Origin: Alphaproteobacteria bacterium
Lineage (GTDB): Bacteria; Pseudomonadota; Alphaproteobacteria; CALKHQ01
NCBI GenBank assembly: GCA_965227515.1
Contig: CBDDFZ010000001.1
Coordinates: 1 to 64,000, forward strand
Reading direction: 5' to 3'
Length of the DNA stretch: 64,000 nucleotides
Position 1 is the first letter of the stretch. Every line of letters starts with the position of its first letter. A program made the position numbers and the translations under genes. The notes beneath the pieces were generated by a model, which was not told the DNA's origin, made no database searches, and saw only the letters and a list, made by a program, of their open reading frames with translations. Shown here in pieces: positions 48,606 through 59,641 of this stretch.

Positions 48606-49577
48606 ATGAAATCGCTGTTGATTGGCGGTGCCGTTGTCGTGGGCGCCATTGGCGTCACCACAGGCGCGAGTGCCCAGGATCGCGTCTATGGCGTGCTGAT
48701 GAAGACCCTGTCGAACCCGTTCTGGGGCGCGATGGAGGAAGGCGTGCGCGAGGGCGCGGAAGCGGCCGGCGTCGAATACTTCCTGCAGGCGGTCGAGTCC
48801 GACCAGGCGGCCGAGCCGCAGCTCAATGTCTGCATGACCATGCTTGAGCGCTCGCCCGACGTGATGATCACCGCGGCGATCAACTCCAACAACCTGCTGC
48901 CCTGCCTGGCCGAAGCCACCAACCGCGGCATTCCGGTGGTCGACTTGGACGCGAACCTGGATTGGGACATCGCGGGCGACGCCGGCGTCGACATCGCCTT
49001 CACCATCGGCTCCGACAACGAGGCGGCCGGCGCACAGGGCGCCGACTACGTGGTCGAGCAGTTGGGCGCCGATGCCACCGGCCCGGTGCTGGTGATCGAG
49101 GGCCTGGCCGGAAACATCACCGGCGAGCGCCGCGCGCGCGGGTTCGCCGAGCGCCTGGCCGAGTTGGCGCCCGGCCTGGAGATCGTCGCCTCGCTGCCCG
49201 GCGACTGGGACCGTGGCAAGGCCGCCAACATCACCAACGACACCCTGCTGCGCGAGCCCGACCTGGTCGCGATCTTCTGCGCCAATGACGGCATGGCGCT
49301 GGGCGCGGTGGAAGCCGCCTATGCCGCCGGCAAGGGCGAGGACATCCTGATCGTCGGCGTCGACGGCAACAGCGACGCGGTCGTGTCCATCAACGAAGGC
49401 CGCCTGAACGCCTCGGTGGCGCAGCTTCCCTATCTGGTTGGCAAGCTGGCGGTCGAGCGCGTGACGGAAGTGCTGGACGGCGCCGAAGTCGAGGACTTCC
49501 AGTACGTGCCGACCATGGTGCTGACCCAGGAGATCCTGGAAGCCGGCGAGCACGAACTGCTGCAGTACGTGCGCTGA
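48606..49577 (+). CDS. Sugar ABC substrate-binding protein (AlsB/RbsB-like)
   Basis: MKTLSNPFW, FCANDGMALGA, VGVDG and SVAQ. Confidence 0.92.
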   Translation: MKSLLIGGAVVVGAIGVTTGASAQDRVYGVLMKTLSNPFWGAMEEGVREGAEAAGVEYFLQAVESDQAAEPQLNVCMTMLERSPDVMITAAINSNNLLPCLAEATNRGIPVVDLDANLDWDIAGDAGVDIAFTIGSDNEAAGAQGADYVVEQLGADATGPVLVIEGLAGNITGERRARGFAERLAELAPGLEIVASLPGDWDRGKAANITNDTLLREPDLVAIFCANDGMALGAVEAAYAAGKGEDILIVGVDGNSDAVVSINEGRLNASVAQLPYLVGKLAVERVTEVLDGAEVEDFQYVPTMVLTQEILEAGEHELLQYVR

Positions 49578-49599
49578 CCTATCGACGCATCCGACGGAG

Positions 49600-49622
49600 G
49601 GGCCGGGGCGCCGCCCCGGCCC
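49600..49622 (+). terminator. GC-rich stem-loop after the binding-protein gene (attenuator or mRNA stabiliser; no U-tract)
   Basis: gggccggggc-gcc-gccccggccc. Confidence 0.45.
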
Positions 49623-49661
49623 TTGCCGTGAATGCGTATTGGATAAGCCAGGACACCCGAC

Positions 49662-50689
49662 ATGACCGCCGCCATTGAAACCCCGGAACGCCGCCGGTCG
49701 CTGGCCAGCCGGTTCAGTTTCCGGCTGGAATCGCTGGCGGTCCTGATCCTGCTGGCGGTGATCATGTCGGTGCTGACCGAGACCCTGGTCGGCGTCACCT
49801 ACCTGTCGTTCAACAACCTGATGAACATCCTGGTCGCCACCGCCACCATCGGCGTGCTGGCGATCGGCGCCACCTTCGTCATCGGCTCGGCCGGGCTCGA
49901 CCTGTCGCTCGGCTCGGTGCTGGGGCTGTCCGGCGTGGTCGGCGCCTTCCTGGTCGTGCGCGCGGGCCTCGGCGAGCTGCCGGGCGGCCTGCTCACCATC
50001 ATCGGCATCCTCGGCTGCCTGGCCGCCGGCGCCACCGCCGGGGCGGTCAACGGCCTGCTGGTCACCACCGCCAAGATCCCCGCCTTCATCGTGACCCTGG
50101 GCATGCTGGGCATCGCCCGCGGCGTCGCACTGATCATTTCCAACGGCCAGTCGATCTACGGCCTGCCCGAGGCGCTGCGCTATGTCGGCCAGGGCTGGCT
50201 GTTCCGCAGCGACGATTTTACCGGCATCCCGATGCCGGCGATCATCTTCGTGGCGCTGTGCTTCGTGATGCACTTCGTGCTCGGCTACACCCGCTTCGGC
50301 AAGTACACGCTGGTGATCGGCGACAACGAGACCGCGGCGCGCGCCATGGGCGTGCGGGTCGAGCGGCACCGCTTCCTGCTCTACGTGCTGTCCGGCGCCA
50401 TGGCCGGCGTCGCCGGGCTATTGTTCATGGCGCGGGTCAATGCCGGCGACCCGACCGCCGGGCTGACCTACGAGCTGTCGGCGATCACCGCCGCCATCAT
50501 CGGCGGCACCAACCTGTTCGGCGGACGGGCGAGCATTCTCGGCACCCTGATCGGCGCCCTGATCATGGGCGGCCTGCAGAACGGGCTCAACCTGCTGGCG
50601 GTGCAGTCGTTCTACCAGCAGGTCGCCATCGGGGTGGTGCTGATCTTCGCGGTCTGGCTGGACCGCCTGAACGCACGGCGGATGGACAA

Positions 50690-50693
<4 letters not shown>
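49662..50693 (+). CDS. Sugar ABC transporter permease
   Basis: GLDLSLGS, PAFIVTLG and AAIIGGTNLFGG. Confidence 0.93.
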
Positions 50694-51430
<737 letters not shown>

Positions 51431-51449
51431 GTTATTCTGGATTGCCGCT

Positions 51450-52430
51450 TCAGAGCGGCTGCCAGGCCAGCACCGAATAGGCCTCGTGATGCACGCCGCT
51501 GAAGGCTGTGCGGCGCAGCTCCAAAATCTTTGCCTGGCCCTGCTCCGCCAGGCGCTGAACCGCCGGCAGATAGCCGTGCAGATAGCCCCGCTTGCGATGA
51601 TAGCGGATCATGCGCGCATCCGCCGGGTCGCCGGCATCGTAGAGTTCCAGCAGCGGCTCGATATGCAGGCACATGCGCGGGCGGGCGGCCATGATGAAGT
51701 CGAGACACGCCTGCCAGTTGCCCGAAAGCTGTTCCATGGCATGGACCGTCAGCACGGTGTCGTCGCCGCCGATTGACAGGTCGTCCGCCCCCTCCATCGT
51801 CAGCATGTTGAGCCGCTTGCCTTCGATGCGGCCGGGGAATTGCCGTTCCATCGCCGACAGAATCCGCTGCGAGGCGCCTGCCCAATCGCACCCGACAAGC
51901 CGCATCTGCGCAAAGCTGCCGGCGAGCAGCAGGATGTTCAGGCCGGTACCGCAGCCAAGCTCCACCACCGATGGCACGTCGGCCAAATAGTGATTGAGCA
52001 AGATCCGGCGCACCGCGATGCTCAGGCGGTACTCCACCCGGGGCTCGACTGCTTCGACGTAACGGCCATTCAGGCGAAAGTGGCGCTCGTCCCGGAAATA
52101 TTGCGGACGCAGCGCATCCACCGTGACCGGCCCTTGGCCGACGCGCTCGGCGACCTCGCCCCAGCCGCGTTCCCAGATGTCGGACGCCTCGCCGCCGACG
52201 GACCGGAAATCGGTCGTTTCGATGAATGCGTCCAGCTCATCCGCCAGCCGGTGTTCTTCATCGCCACCGAGGATCCGGTAGGCCAGGCCATCGATATCGA
52301 GGTCGAGCTTCCCCACCGTGGCGCGGGGCACGCCCGTGATCGTCGCAAGCAACGCCTCAGAGACGGCAAGACTATTTTCCAAGGCAGCCCCCTTCAATAT
52401 CGGTACGATGTCGCCTTGACCCATGGACAT
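51450..52430 (-). CDS. Class I SAM-dependent methyltransferase
   Basis: VVELGCGTGLN, GCDW and HAMEQL; start approximate. Confidence 0.8.
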   Translation of the reverse strand: MSMGQGDIVPILKGAALENSLAVSEALLATITGVPRATVGKLDLDIDGLAYRILGGDEEHRLADELDAFIETTDFRSVGGEASDIWERGWGEVAERVGQGPVTVDALRPQYFRDERHFRLNGRYVEAVEPRVEYRLSIAVRRILLNHYLADVPSVVELGCGTGLNILLLAGSFAQMRLVGCDWAGASQRILSAMERQFPGRIEGKRLNMLTMEGADDLSIGGDDTVLTVHAMEQLSGNWQACLDFIMAARPRMCLHIEPLLELYDAGDPADARMIRYHRKRGYLHGYLPAVQRLAEQGQAKILELRRTAFSGVHHEAYSVLAWQPL

Positions 52431-52461
52431 ACGCCCCGGTTTTGGTGATACGAGGTATGGC

Positions 52462-53442
52462 ATGGATTTCAGGATGACCGAACCCCCGCAAGATTTCGTC
52501 ACCGAGCGCATCGACCGCCTCAACCGGCTGGTCGGGCAGACGAGCCTGGAAACGGCAGATCTGGCGTTCGACTTTCCCTTGCTCAAGGTGATCCGGCTGC
52601 CGGCGAGCACGATACGGCTGCTGCAGGACGCGGCGCGGCTTTATGTCTGGGAGAATCTGGCCGCGTGGTTCGGCGACGACGCCGTCGAATACGGCCCGAA
52701 TATCCTGGAAGACAATATCGACAAGATCTCGTCGCTGCCAAACCGCACGCCCAACGGGCTGATCCTGCCCCGGCGCCCGGCCATGACCAGTTTCAACATG
52801 CTGCACCGCGTGCTGGTCCAGGCATTCCGGCGATTGGGGCTGACGCGGCAATTCCATGCGATCCAGCTGCCGGTCAACGTGCGCGTCGTCGTGGGCGCCG
52901 ATCCGGACGCGGTCGGTAAGCGGCCATTCGCGTCGAGCAAGATCCACTCGGATTCCTGGAACAAGGAACCCATGAGCGCCGTACTGTTCAACCTGCCGCT
53001 GCTGGGCGACCCGGCCAAGATCGCGATCCGCTATTTCGCGCTCCGCCATCCGCATCCCGAGATGTTCGCGCCGGTCGACGACTATGACGTCATGCAGATC
53101 GCGGAAGAGAACCTGATCCACTACGACGCGCCGTTCGCGCATGGGCATCTGTATCTGTCGGACCAGGCATCGTTGCACCAGACGGTGAGAGCCGACGAAA
53201 GCCAGGTACGTCTTTCGCTCGACTTCCGCGCCGTCATGCACGAGATATTGCCGTACGAGAGCTACGACGTCTCCCAATCCTGCGCCCATTACGGCCGCGC
53301 CGAGACCTGGGACGGCCTTGGCGAGAAGGCCCTTCTCGCATCCGATTTTCCGCTCGACGCGTTTCAACGGAAATTGCAGCACGCGCCGCTGGCGGATGCC
53401 CATGCGGACTTGATCAATATCGATACGATGGTGCCGTCGTAG
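52462..53442 (+). CDS. Putative Fe(II)/2OG-type oxygenase (double-stranded beta-helix)
   Basis: KIHSDSW, LHQT and RLSLDFR pattern; GAGG RBS. Confidence 0.55.
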   Translation: MDFRMTEPPQDFVTERIDRLNRLVGQTSLETADLAFDFPLLKVIRLPASTIRLLQDAARLYVWENLAAWFGDDAVEYGPNILEDNIDKISSLPNRTPNGLILPRRPAMTSFNMLHRVLVQAFRRLGLTRQFHAIQLPVNVRVVVGADPDAVGKRPFASSKIHSDSWNKEPMSAVLFNLPLLGDPAKIAIRYFALRHPHPEMFAPVDDYDVMQIAEENLIHYDAPFAHGHLYLSDQASLHQTVRADESQVRLSLDFRAVMHEILPYESYDVSQSCAHYGRAETWDGLGEKALLASDFPLDAFQRKLQHAPLADAHADLINIDTMVPS

Positions 53443-53473
53443 GCCCGCCGGCCAACCCAATGAGGCGGAGCCT

Positions 53474-55432
53474 CTATGCGCTGAGCGCGAACGGCGCGTC
53501 CGGTCGCTCGCCCGCGTGTGGTGCGGCATCGCGGTACACCCATCGAAAGCCGCCAAACCTGCAGAGCCCCGACTGACCGTCCGGCGACTGGTCGATGGCG
53601 ACCAGGAATGCGTGCCTTTGGCTCTCCACCGGGAAGCTGAGCTGGCGCACCTCCAGCCCGTCCAACACATCCTGCGCGCAGTTGAACGTCTCGCCATCGA
53701 ACAGGGCGAACTTCATCTGGCCGGATTGCTCGGCCAGTTCGACCGTGATCCAGGCCTGCCCGCCCGCCGCGATGGTGGCGACAACCTCATCCGGGTAGTC
53801 GAGACGCACGAACTGGCACGTCTTCGTCTGGTGGCAACTGTCGGCCGTGAGCACCATCTCGCGCGACCGGCAGCCCAGGTTCGGCGCCTCGAAAATCTCG
53901 CCGGTCGGAAGCGCCATCCGGCAGTCGAGGCCAGTCGCCGGCGCCACGCGCCGCTCGGTCATCCCGTCCTCGAACGGCATGCTCGGAAACACCTGGAACA
54001 ATGAGGAGATGGCGAGCAGCGAGCGCGAAACCTCGTTGTCATGCCGCAGCATGTTGTTCTGACCGGCGAAGTACACGCTGCGGTATATCGGGCCTTGCGC
54101 ATGGGCGTGGGCATCGTAGAGCGGCCTGATCAGTCGGTTGAGCGCCAGCATGAACGTTCCGGCGAATGCCCGGGACCGATCCTGTGCGTCGGGGAGCGCG
54201 GAAAACCACGCGCTGACAAAGCTTTCCTCGAAATCGGCGTAGCGCGCCGCCCAATCGCCTTCCGCGAATCCCCTCAGCACGGCCTGATAGGCGGTCGGCA
54301 TGCTGCGCGACGGCGTCGTGTGCCAGGACGCGTCGTTGGCCGGTGCAACCTCCGGGTGGTCGAACAGCGTGGCGCATCCAGCCTCCAGCGTGAACAGGAC
54401 GGGAAATGCGCGAATATCGTCGCGCATGGACGACCGGGAGTCGCGGAGCAGGTCCATCTCGTCTCGCGACAGGCCAAGGAAGTCCGTCTGGACCGCCGCC
54501 AGCATCTGCGCGTCGATCTCGGCCATCCGGCTCTCGGACATGCTGTCCAGCACACGCTGGCGCAGGTGGCGGCCGATGCCCTCTCCCATGACCGGATTGA
54601 ACGCCATCCAATGGAGATAGGCGCGCAGGTAGAACAGCCGCGTGCTCTCCGGCACCGGAATGCCGCGCTCCGCGCAGCACGCGTCGATGATCTGGGCGCC
54701 AGCGTCGATGGTGTCCATGAAGTCCGGGCTGGCCGGCCCAAACTGACGGTTCAGGGCGTCGTAGTTCAGATTGGCATCGTGGCTGGAGAACACGATGGAG
54801 ATGTCCGGCAACACATGGACCTTGCCGCAGAGCGCGCCCAGGCCGGCATGCAACGGCTCGGCAAACGTCTCGTCGCGCGTGTAGAGGGTCAGCGCCGGGC
54901 ACGCGAACTTGCGCGCGTCGCTGCGCCACGTCGCGAAGTCGGTCGGCCAGTGACTGGCGAGCAGGTGGGACAGGCGGTCGAGCGGCGCGTCCTGCTCCAG
55001 CGGCGCAATCTCGCTGATCGAGACCGAGACACGGTCGCCCAGTTGCGTCATCCACACCATGCCGCCGCAGCACGCCGCGTAATCGTCGTGGTCGCGCAGG
55101 AATTGGATCGACTTGCGCACCACCGACGCGACCATGAAGTTGTCGTCATGGCACAGGGTCACGAACGGCGTCTCGACCATGTGCGCCGCGATATCGAACT
55201 GCTCGATCGCGCCGACGCCGTCGTCGAGCTGGACGTGCCGGACCGGCATCCGCTCGGCGAATGGCGCGACGATCTCCCGGTTCTGCGACCGGGAAGGCTC
55301 AGTACTGCCGTCCACGATCAGCACGCCGCCGATGGGCAAGTCCTCGGCAATCGAGCGCAGCAACCGGTAGAGGTATTGCGGGCGATTGAACGTATTGATC
55401 AGCAGCGTGTGGTCGTCGAACTGGTCTGACAT
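53474..55432 (-). CDS. TIGR00180-like GT2 glycosyltransferase with long C-terminal extension
   Basis: INTFNRPQYLYRLL, IVDGS and CHDDNF. Confidence 0.75.
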   Translation of the reverse strand: MSDQFDDHTLLINTFNRPQYLYRLLRSIAEDLPIGGVLIVDGSTEPSRSQNREIVAPFAERMPVRHVQLDDGVGAIEQFDIAAHMVETPFVTLCHDDNFMVASVVRKSIQFLRDHDDYAACCGGMVWMTQLGDRVSVSISEIAPLEQDAPLDRLSHLLASHWPTDFATWRSDARKFACPALTLYTRDETFAEPLHAGLGALCGKVHVLPDISIVFSSHDANLNYDALNRQFGPASPDFMDTIDAGAQIIDACCAERGIPVPESTRLFYLRAYLHWMAFNPVMGEGIGRHLRQRVLDSMSESRMAEIDAQMLAAVQTDFLGLSRDEMDLLRDSRSSMRDDIRAFPVLFTLEAGCATLFDHPEVAPANDASWHTTPSRSMPTAYQAVLRGFAEGDWAARYADFEESFVSAWFSALPDAQDRSRAFAGTFMLALNRLIRPLYDAHAHAQGPIYRSVYFAGQNNMLRHDNEVSRSLLAISSLFQVFPSMPFEDGMTERRVAPATGLDCRMALPTGEIFEAPNLGCRSREMVLTADSCHQTKTCQFVRLDYPDEVVATIAAGGQAWITVELAEQSGQMKFALFDGETFNCAQDVLDGLEVRQLSFPVESQRHAFLVAIDQSPDGQSGLCRFGGFRWVYRDAAPHAGERPDAPFALSA

Positions 55433-55481
55433 CGGTGCCTGGTGCGTGTTCGTGGTGAGGGCCGGCAGGACGCGAACGCAG

Positions 55482-56363
55482 CTAGACCGGGTCTGACGCG
55501 TAGTAGTCCCCGGGAACGAACCGGCTCTGCCGCCGGCCGATGCCCTGATAGGCGCACGGCATGGCGTCGTAGTCCCGCGCCGGCAGCACCCGCACGTCGA
55601 AGCTGATCCGGGTTCGGTCCGTCTTGTTAAAAGGCCCGGCGTGGATGCAGCGGGAATCGAAGATGACGAACTCGCCGTAGTCGGCCGTCACCGGCTGGCA
55701 ATGCGTCTCGCAGAAGCGGATCAGCCGGTCGTCTTCCTGGGTCGCCACGCCGAAGCGCAGATAGTCGCCGTCATAGGCCGCGTGCAGCGCGTTGCTCTCG
55801 TCCAGGTCCATGAGCAGCATGGAGCGCGATTCGGCGCAATTGGCCAGCGGCACCCAGACATTCACCTCCCTGGGCGGATGGCCCAGCATGATGTCCGAAT
55901 GATAGGTGGTCTTGCCTGGATAGCCCGGCGCATCGGGGAAGAAGACCCGGAACGTCGGCACTTCCTGATAATAGAGCGGCCCGGCATCGACAGCCGGCTT
56001 GACGACCTCGGCGATGAACCTGCGGTAGAGGTCCTGGAACCGGGCGCCGGTCTCGTACAGGGCAATGGCGACGGCGCTCTGCTGGCTCGCATCCATCGCC
56101 TGCAATTCCGGCGACACCCACTGGTGGAGGTAGTCGAGCGTGAAATCGTCCGGCAGGTTCGCGGGCAGGATGTCCTTGTCCTGCAGGACTTGCGTGATGG
56201 CTTCGGCAAGCGGCAGGCGCGCGGGCTCGAAGCGGGACAGCACGTGGCCGGCCCCATTCATGTGCTCAACCAGGCCGGGGCGCAGCATGTCCGCCGAGAA
56301 GGCCTGGAGAAACATATCGTCTTCATAATGGACATACTTGGGATGGAACGCCTGCACTCTCAT
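55482..56363 (-). CDS. Fe(II)/2OG-type oxygenase (StrG-like)
   Basis: YQEVPTFRV, YHSDIMLGHP, NVWVPL and IHAGPFNKTDRTRISFDVR. Confidence 0.7.
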   Translation of the reverse strand: MRVQAFHPKYVHYEDDMFLQAFSADMLRPGLVEHMNGAGHVLSRFEPARLPLAEAITQVLQDKDILPANLPDDFTLDYLHQWVSPELQAMDASQQSAVAIALYETGARFQDLYRRFIAEVVKPAVDAGPLYYQEVPTFRVFFPDAPGYPGKTTYHSDIMLGHPPREVNVWVPLANCAESRSMLLMDLDESNALHAAYDGDYLRFGVATQEDDRLIRFCETHCQPVTADYGEFVIFDSRCIHAGPFNKTDRTRISFDVRVLPARDYDAMPCAYQGIGRRQSRFVPGDYYASDPV

Positions 56364-56490
56364 GCTCCATTTTCTCGGAAGGCCGACGGCTATTCTTGAC
56401 GACGGACGCGATTCTTAAGGTTTCGCTGCCCAAAACAGCCGTCGCGCGTGTCTTTCGTCTCGGATCGCGCCACACAATGCCGCCCTTAGC

Positions 56491-56506
56491 TTAAGCGGCA
56501 GTTAAC
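56491..56506. promoter_or_regulatory. CtrA-binding consensus TTAA-N7-TTAAC
   Basis: TTAAGCGGCAGTTAAC in a divergent intergenic region. Confidence 0.7.
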
Positions 56507-56554
56507 CTTAAAAGCGCAACACTGGCGGCGACCTTGCAGCAGGAGTGCCTCCGC

Positions 56555-57640
56555 GTGACACACATCGGCTCGATCTCAGGATACAAAGTGGCGACCATGG
56601 CCAAGCTGGCGGGTTGCGACGATGGGATGCCGGACTACCCGATCGCCGAGGACGACCTGACCGTTCGCGATAATTGCCCCGCCTGTGGCGCCAGCAATGT
56701 CGTGGACGTTTCGGAGGTGTACCTGCGTCGCGAGCTGAAGTTCCTGGCGACGTCAGTGTGCGCCGATTGCCTGTTCGTCTACCGCAGCACCTTTCCGTCG
56801 TTTCGCTGGTTCAAGGCGCGCTGGGCCCAGATCGCCTCGGCCAAGCCGGAGGTCTACAATCCCGATGTCGAGGCGGTGCGCGAAACCCGATATCGCGAAT
56901 ACGCGACGCTGCTCCAGTCACACCGCCGGTCCGGCAGGCTGCTGGAGATCGGCGCCGGTTATGGCGCCGGCGCGCGCATCCTCAAGGAGGCCGGCTATAC
57001 GGTCGAGGCGCTGGAGCCCGAGGACGATCGCGCCCGCTACATCGAGGAGAACCTCGGCATCCCGTGCCATCGCATGGCGCTGGAAGAGTTCGAGCCGGCG
57101 GACCGGTACGACCTGATCGTCTGTGCCCACAATCTGGAGCATGTGGACGACCCGCGCGCCGAGCTGAAGCGCATTGCCGGCTGGCTGCGCGACAACGGCC
57201 TGTTCTATTGCGAGGTGCCGCTGGTGTGGAACTTCGTGGACTGGGCCGACTCATTGTTCATGGCGCACAAGACCAATTTTTCCGAGCACACCTTCGCGCG
57301 CATGATGCAGGAAAATGGCCTCGCGCACCTGGCGACCAGCTACCCGCGCCTCAACACCCCCCATGCGGCCGACCTTGGCGTCCTCATGCAGCCGTCGAAG
57401 AACCCGCAGGACGAGGCGAGCTGGCGCCACCTGTTGGCCAAGGACAGCGACAAGTCCGTCGCCGACGTCAAGGCCGCCTACCGCCACCTGGCGCCCGATC
57501 ACCTGGCGCTGGACGGCGACCCTTTGCGGTTCTCGGTCCCGCACATCAGCCACTTCTTCCACGTGGTGCGCACCCAGTCGGGCGCGTTCGTCGATCGCAC
57601 CGACGAAACCGGCTTTATCGAGTTCGAGCTGACCGATTGA
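56555..57640 (+). CDS. Class I SAM-dependent methyltransferase with N-terminal CxxC...CxxC
   Basis: CPAC, CADC, LLEIGAGYG and HNLEHV; AGGAG RBS before GTG. Confidence 0.85.
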   Translation: MTHIGSISGYKVATMAKLAGCDDGMPDYPIAEDDLTVRDNCPACGASNVVDVSEVYLRRELKFLATSVCADCLFVYRSTFPSFRWFKARWAQIASAKPEVYNPDVEAVRETRYREYATLLQSHRRSGRLLEIGAGYGAGARILKEAGYTVEALEPEDDRARYIEENLGIPCHRMALEEFEPADRYDLIVCAHNLEHVDDPRAELKRIAGWLRDNGLFYCEVPLVWNFVDWADSLFMAHKTNFSEHTFARMMQENGLAHLATSYPRLNTPHAADLGVLMQPSKNPQDEASWRHLLAKDSDKSVADVKAAYRHLAPDHLALDGDPLRFSVPHISHFFHVVRTQSGAFVDRTDETGFIEFELTD

Positions 57641-57658
57641 GTTAGAGGCTGCTCGAGG

Positions 57659-59563
57659 TCACGCGCACGCGCTTGCCGACGGCATTTCGCCCGTCAGCGT
57701 GTACAGGCGCACACCCTCGATACGGCAGTTCGACGGCGCCCCGCGCGACAGGTCGCGAATGAACAGGTAGTCGTACCTGGTGCGACGGATCGGCAGGAAC
57801 AGCTCGCCGGGTTCGTCCTCGTCGGACCGCACCACCATCGTGTCGATCTGACCGTCGTGGAACAGCCCGAACTGGACCTTGCCCGTGACCACGGCAACGG
57901 AAATTCCGAGCCAGGCCGGGCGCGTCGGGCCGAACCGCTGCAGCAACAGCGGCTCCAGATCAATCGGGATCAGGGTGATGTTGTCCTTGCGCATCAGCGC
58001 GCCCGTGCTGAAGCTGATGGTCGTCGGGACCGCCTCTGCCGTGGGGCGCGGATAGGCAATGCGGTATTGCCGGCTGTCGGCGTTCGCGACCGCGCGCTTC
58101 AGGCTGACCTCATCCGGCAGTTCAGGCGTGTCGAAGACATCGTAGAGCGTGATCGCCCGCAGGAACTGGTCGCGCTGCACGCTCTGCATCGAGCACAGGT
58201 CGAGGTGCCGCCCCCAATGGTTCGGCCGACAGGGCGGCATGCCGTTGAGCGGCTTGATCAGGGCGGTCAGGGCGCGAAGGAAGGCACCGCGGAAAAGCCC
58301 GTCCTGGTCCGGATCGTCGGCATCCGGGCCCAGCACACGCCCCGCCGACCCGGTCGCGAACGACTGCAGCAACGACTGCCAATCGCGATCGCCGATCTTG
58401 TCGAGGAACGGGCGATACTGCTCCGGAAGATCGCGGCCGGAGGGCAGAGCCATGGCCTGGTCTTCGTTCCCGGGCGCGTCCGGAATGTCGCGCAGCAGCA
58501 CATCGTCGTCGATGACCGTGAAAACGGAATAGTCCAGCGTCCGGGTCTTCGACTTCTCGCTTTGCTGGAGGTCGCGTATCCAGGATGCCGCGGGCGCCGG
58601 GAGATCGAGCAGGGACCCTAGAATCTCGCCCTCCGCCAAGGCGTCGTGGTCGCTCAACCTCTGCTGCGACACTCTCTCCGCACCCTGCTCACGCACCTTG
58701 TCGCCAATGCTGTCGAACAGGAAGTACCACTTCGCCATGTAGTAGAAGTAGCACGACAGATAATATTCCCTGGGGTTCTGCGGTGCTGCTATGCCCAGGC
58801 TCTCGCAGTACTCGACCAGGAAATCGCCGACGGCCGTCAGATTTTCGCCAAACGCGGGGCTGGACGGCCCGAACTGCCGGCTCCTGGCATTCAGCCCCAG
58901 GTGCCCGTCGTGATTGCAGAACACGACCGAGAATTCAGGGATGACGTGGAACTTGCCGTGCAGCGCGCCGACGCCGATCGACAGCGGCTCGCCCATGGTC
59001 TCGTCGAGGAAGAACATATCCAGCGCGCGGCAGCTGTGGATGCGCGCGTCCGCACGCCAGGTGGCGAAGTCCGCCGTCCAGTGGTTCGCCAGGTAGTAGG
59101 CAAACCGGTCGAGCGGATCGTCCTGCTCCATTGGCGCCACATCGTGGATGGCGGCGGTGATCCGGCCGTCCTTCTTCGTGATGTAGGTCACGATGCCGGA
59201 ACACACGGCGTAGTCCGGATTGGACCGCAGGAACGCGATCGACTTGCGCACCGATGAAGGGGTGACGAAGTTGTCGTCGTCGCAGCGCGTGAGATAGGTC
59301 GTCCTGGTGCGCTGAATGCCGGCATGGAACTGCTTGATCGCGTTCATGCCCGCCTCAAGCTGGACATGCTCGATGTCCATCAGATCGGCGAACTGCGCGA
59401 CGACCTCCACGTTCTGGGAGCGGCTGGGCTCGGTGCTGCCATCGATCACCTGCACGCGGCCCACCGGCAGGTCGGACGCGATGTACTTCAGCGTTCGGAA
59501 CAGATACGCCGGCCGATTGAACGTGTTGATCTGCAGTGTGTGGTCGTCGTAGCTGTCGGTCAC
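57659..59563 (-). CDS. TIGR00180-like GT2 glycosyltransferase (paralog of 53474-55432)
   Basis: INTFNRPAYLFRTL, IDGSTEPSRSQN and CDDDNF. Confidence 0.75.
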   Translation of the reverse strand: MTDSYDDHTLQINTFNRPAYLFRTLKYIASDLPVGRVQVIDGSTEPSRSQNVEVVAQFADLMDIEHVQLEAGMNAIKQFHAGIQRTRTTYLTRCDDDNFVTPSSVRKSIAFLRSNPDYAVCSGIVTYITKKDGRITAAIHDVAPMEQDDPLDRFAYYLANHWTADFATWRADARIHSCRALDMFFLDETMGEPLSIGVGALHGKFHVIPEFSVVFCNHDGHLGLNARSRQFGPSSPAFGENLTAVGDFLVEYCESLGIAAPQNPREYYLSCYFYYMAKWYFLFDSIGDKVREQGAERVSQQRLSDHDALAEGEILGSLLDLPAPAASWIRDLQQSEKSKTRTLDYSVFTVIDDDVLLRDIPDAPGNEDQAMALPSGRDLPEQYRPFLDKIGDRDWQSLLQSFATGSAGRVLGPDADDPDQDGLFRGAFLRALTALIKPLNGMPPCRPNHWGRHLDLCSMQSVQRDQFLRAITLYDVFDTPELPDEVSLKRAVANADSRQYRIAYPRPTAEAVPTTISFSTGALMRKDNITLIPIDLEPLLLQRFGPTRPAWLGISVAVVTGKVQFGLFHDGQIDTMVVRSDEDEPGELFLPIRRTRYDYLFIRDLSRGAPSNCRIEGVRLYTLTGEMPSASACA

Positions 59564-59614
59564 GTGGCTGCTCCACCATTCTCGCGAATTGCGCGCAAAT
59601 CCTCGGTCGGTAAC

Positions 59615-59630
59615 GTTAATTTCGGCTTAG
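59615..59630 (-). promoter_or_regulatory. CtrA-like box CTAA-N7-TTAAC
   Basis: One mismatch to consensus; about 50 bp upstream of the GT start at 59563. Confidence 0.5.
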
Positions 59631-59641
59631 CGTGGGGTGAT

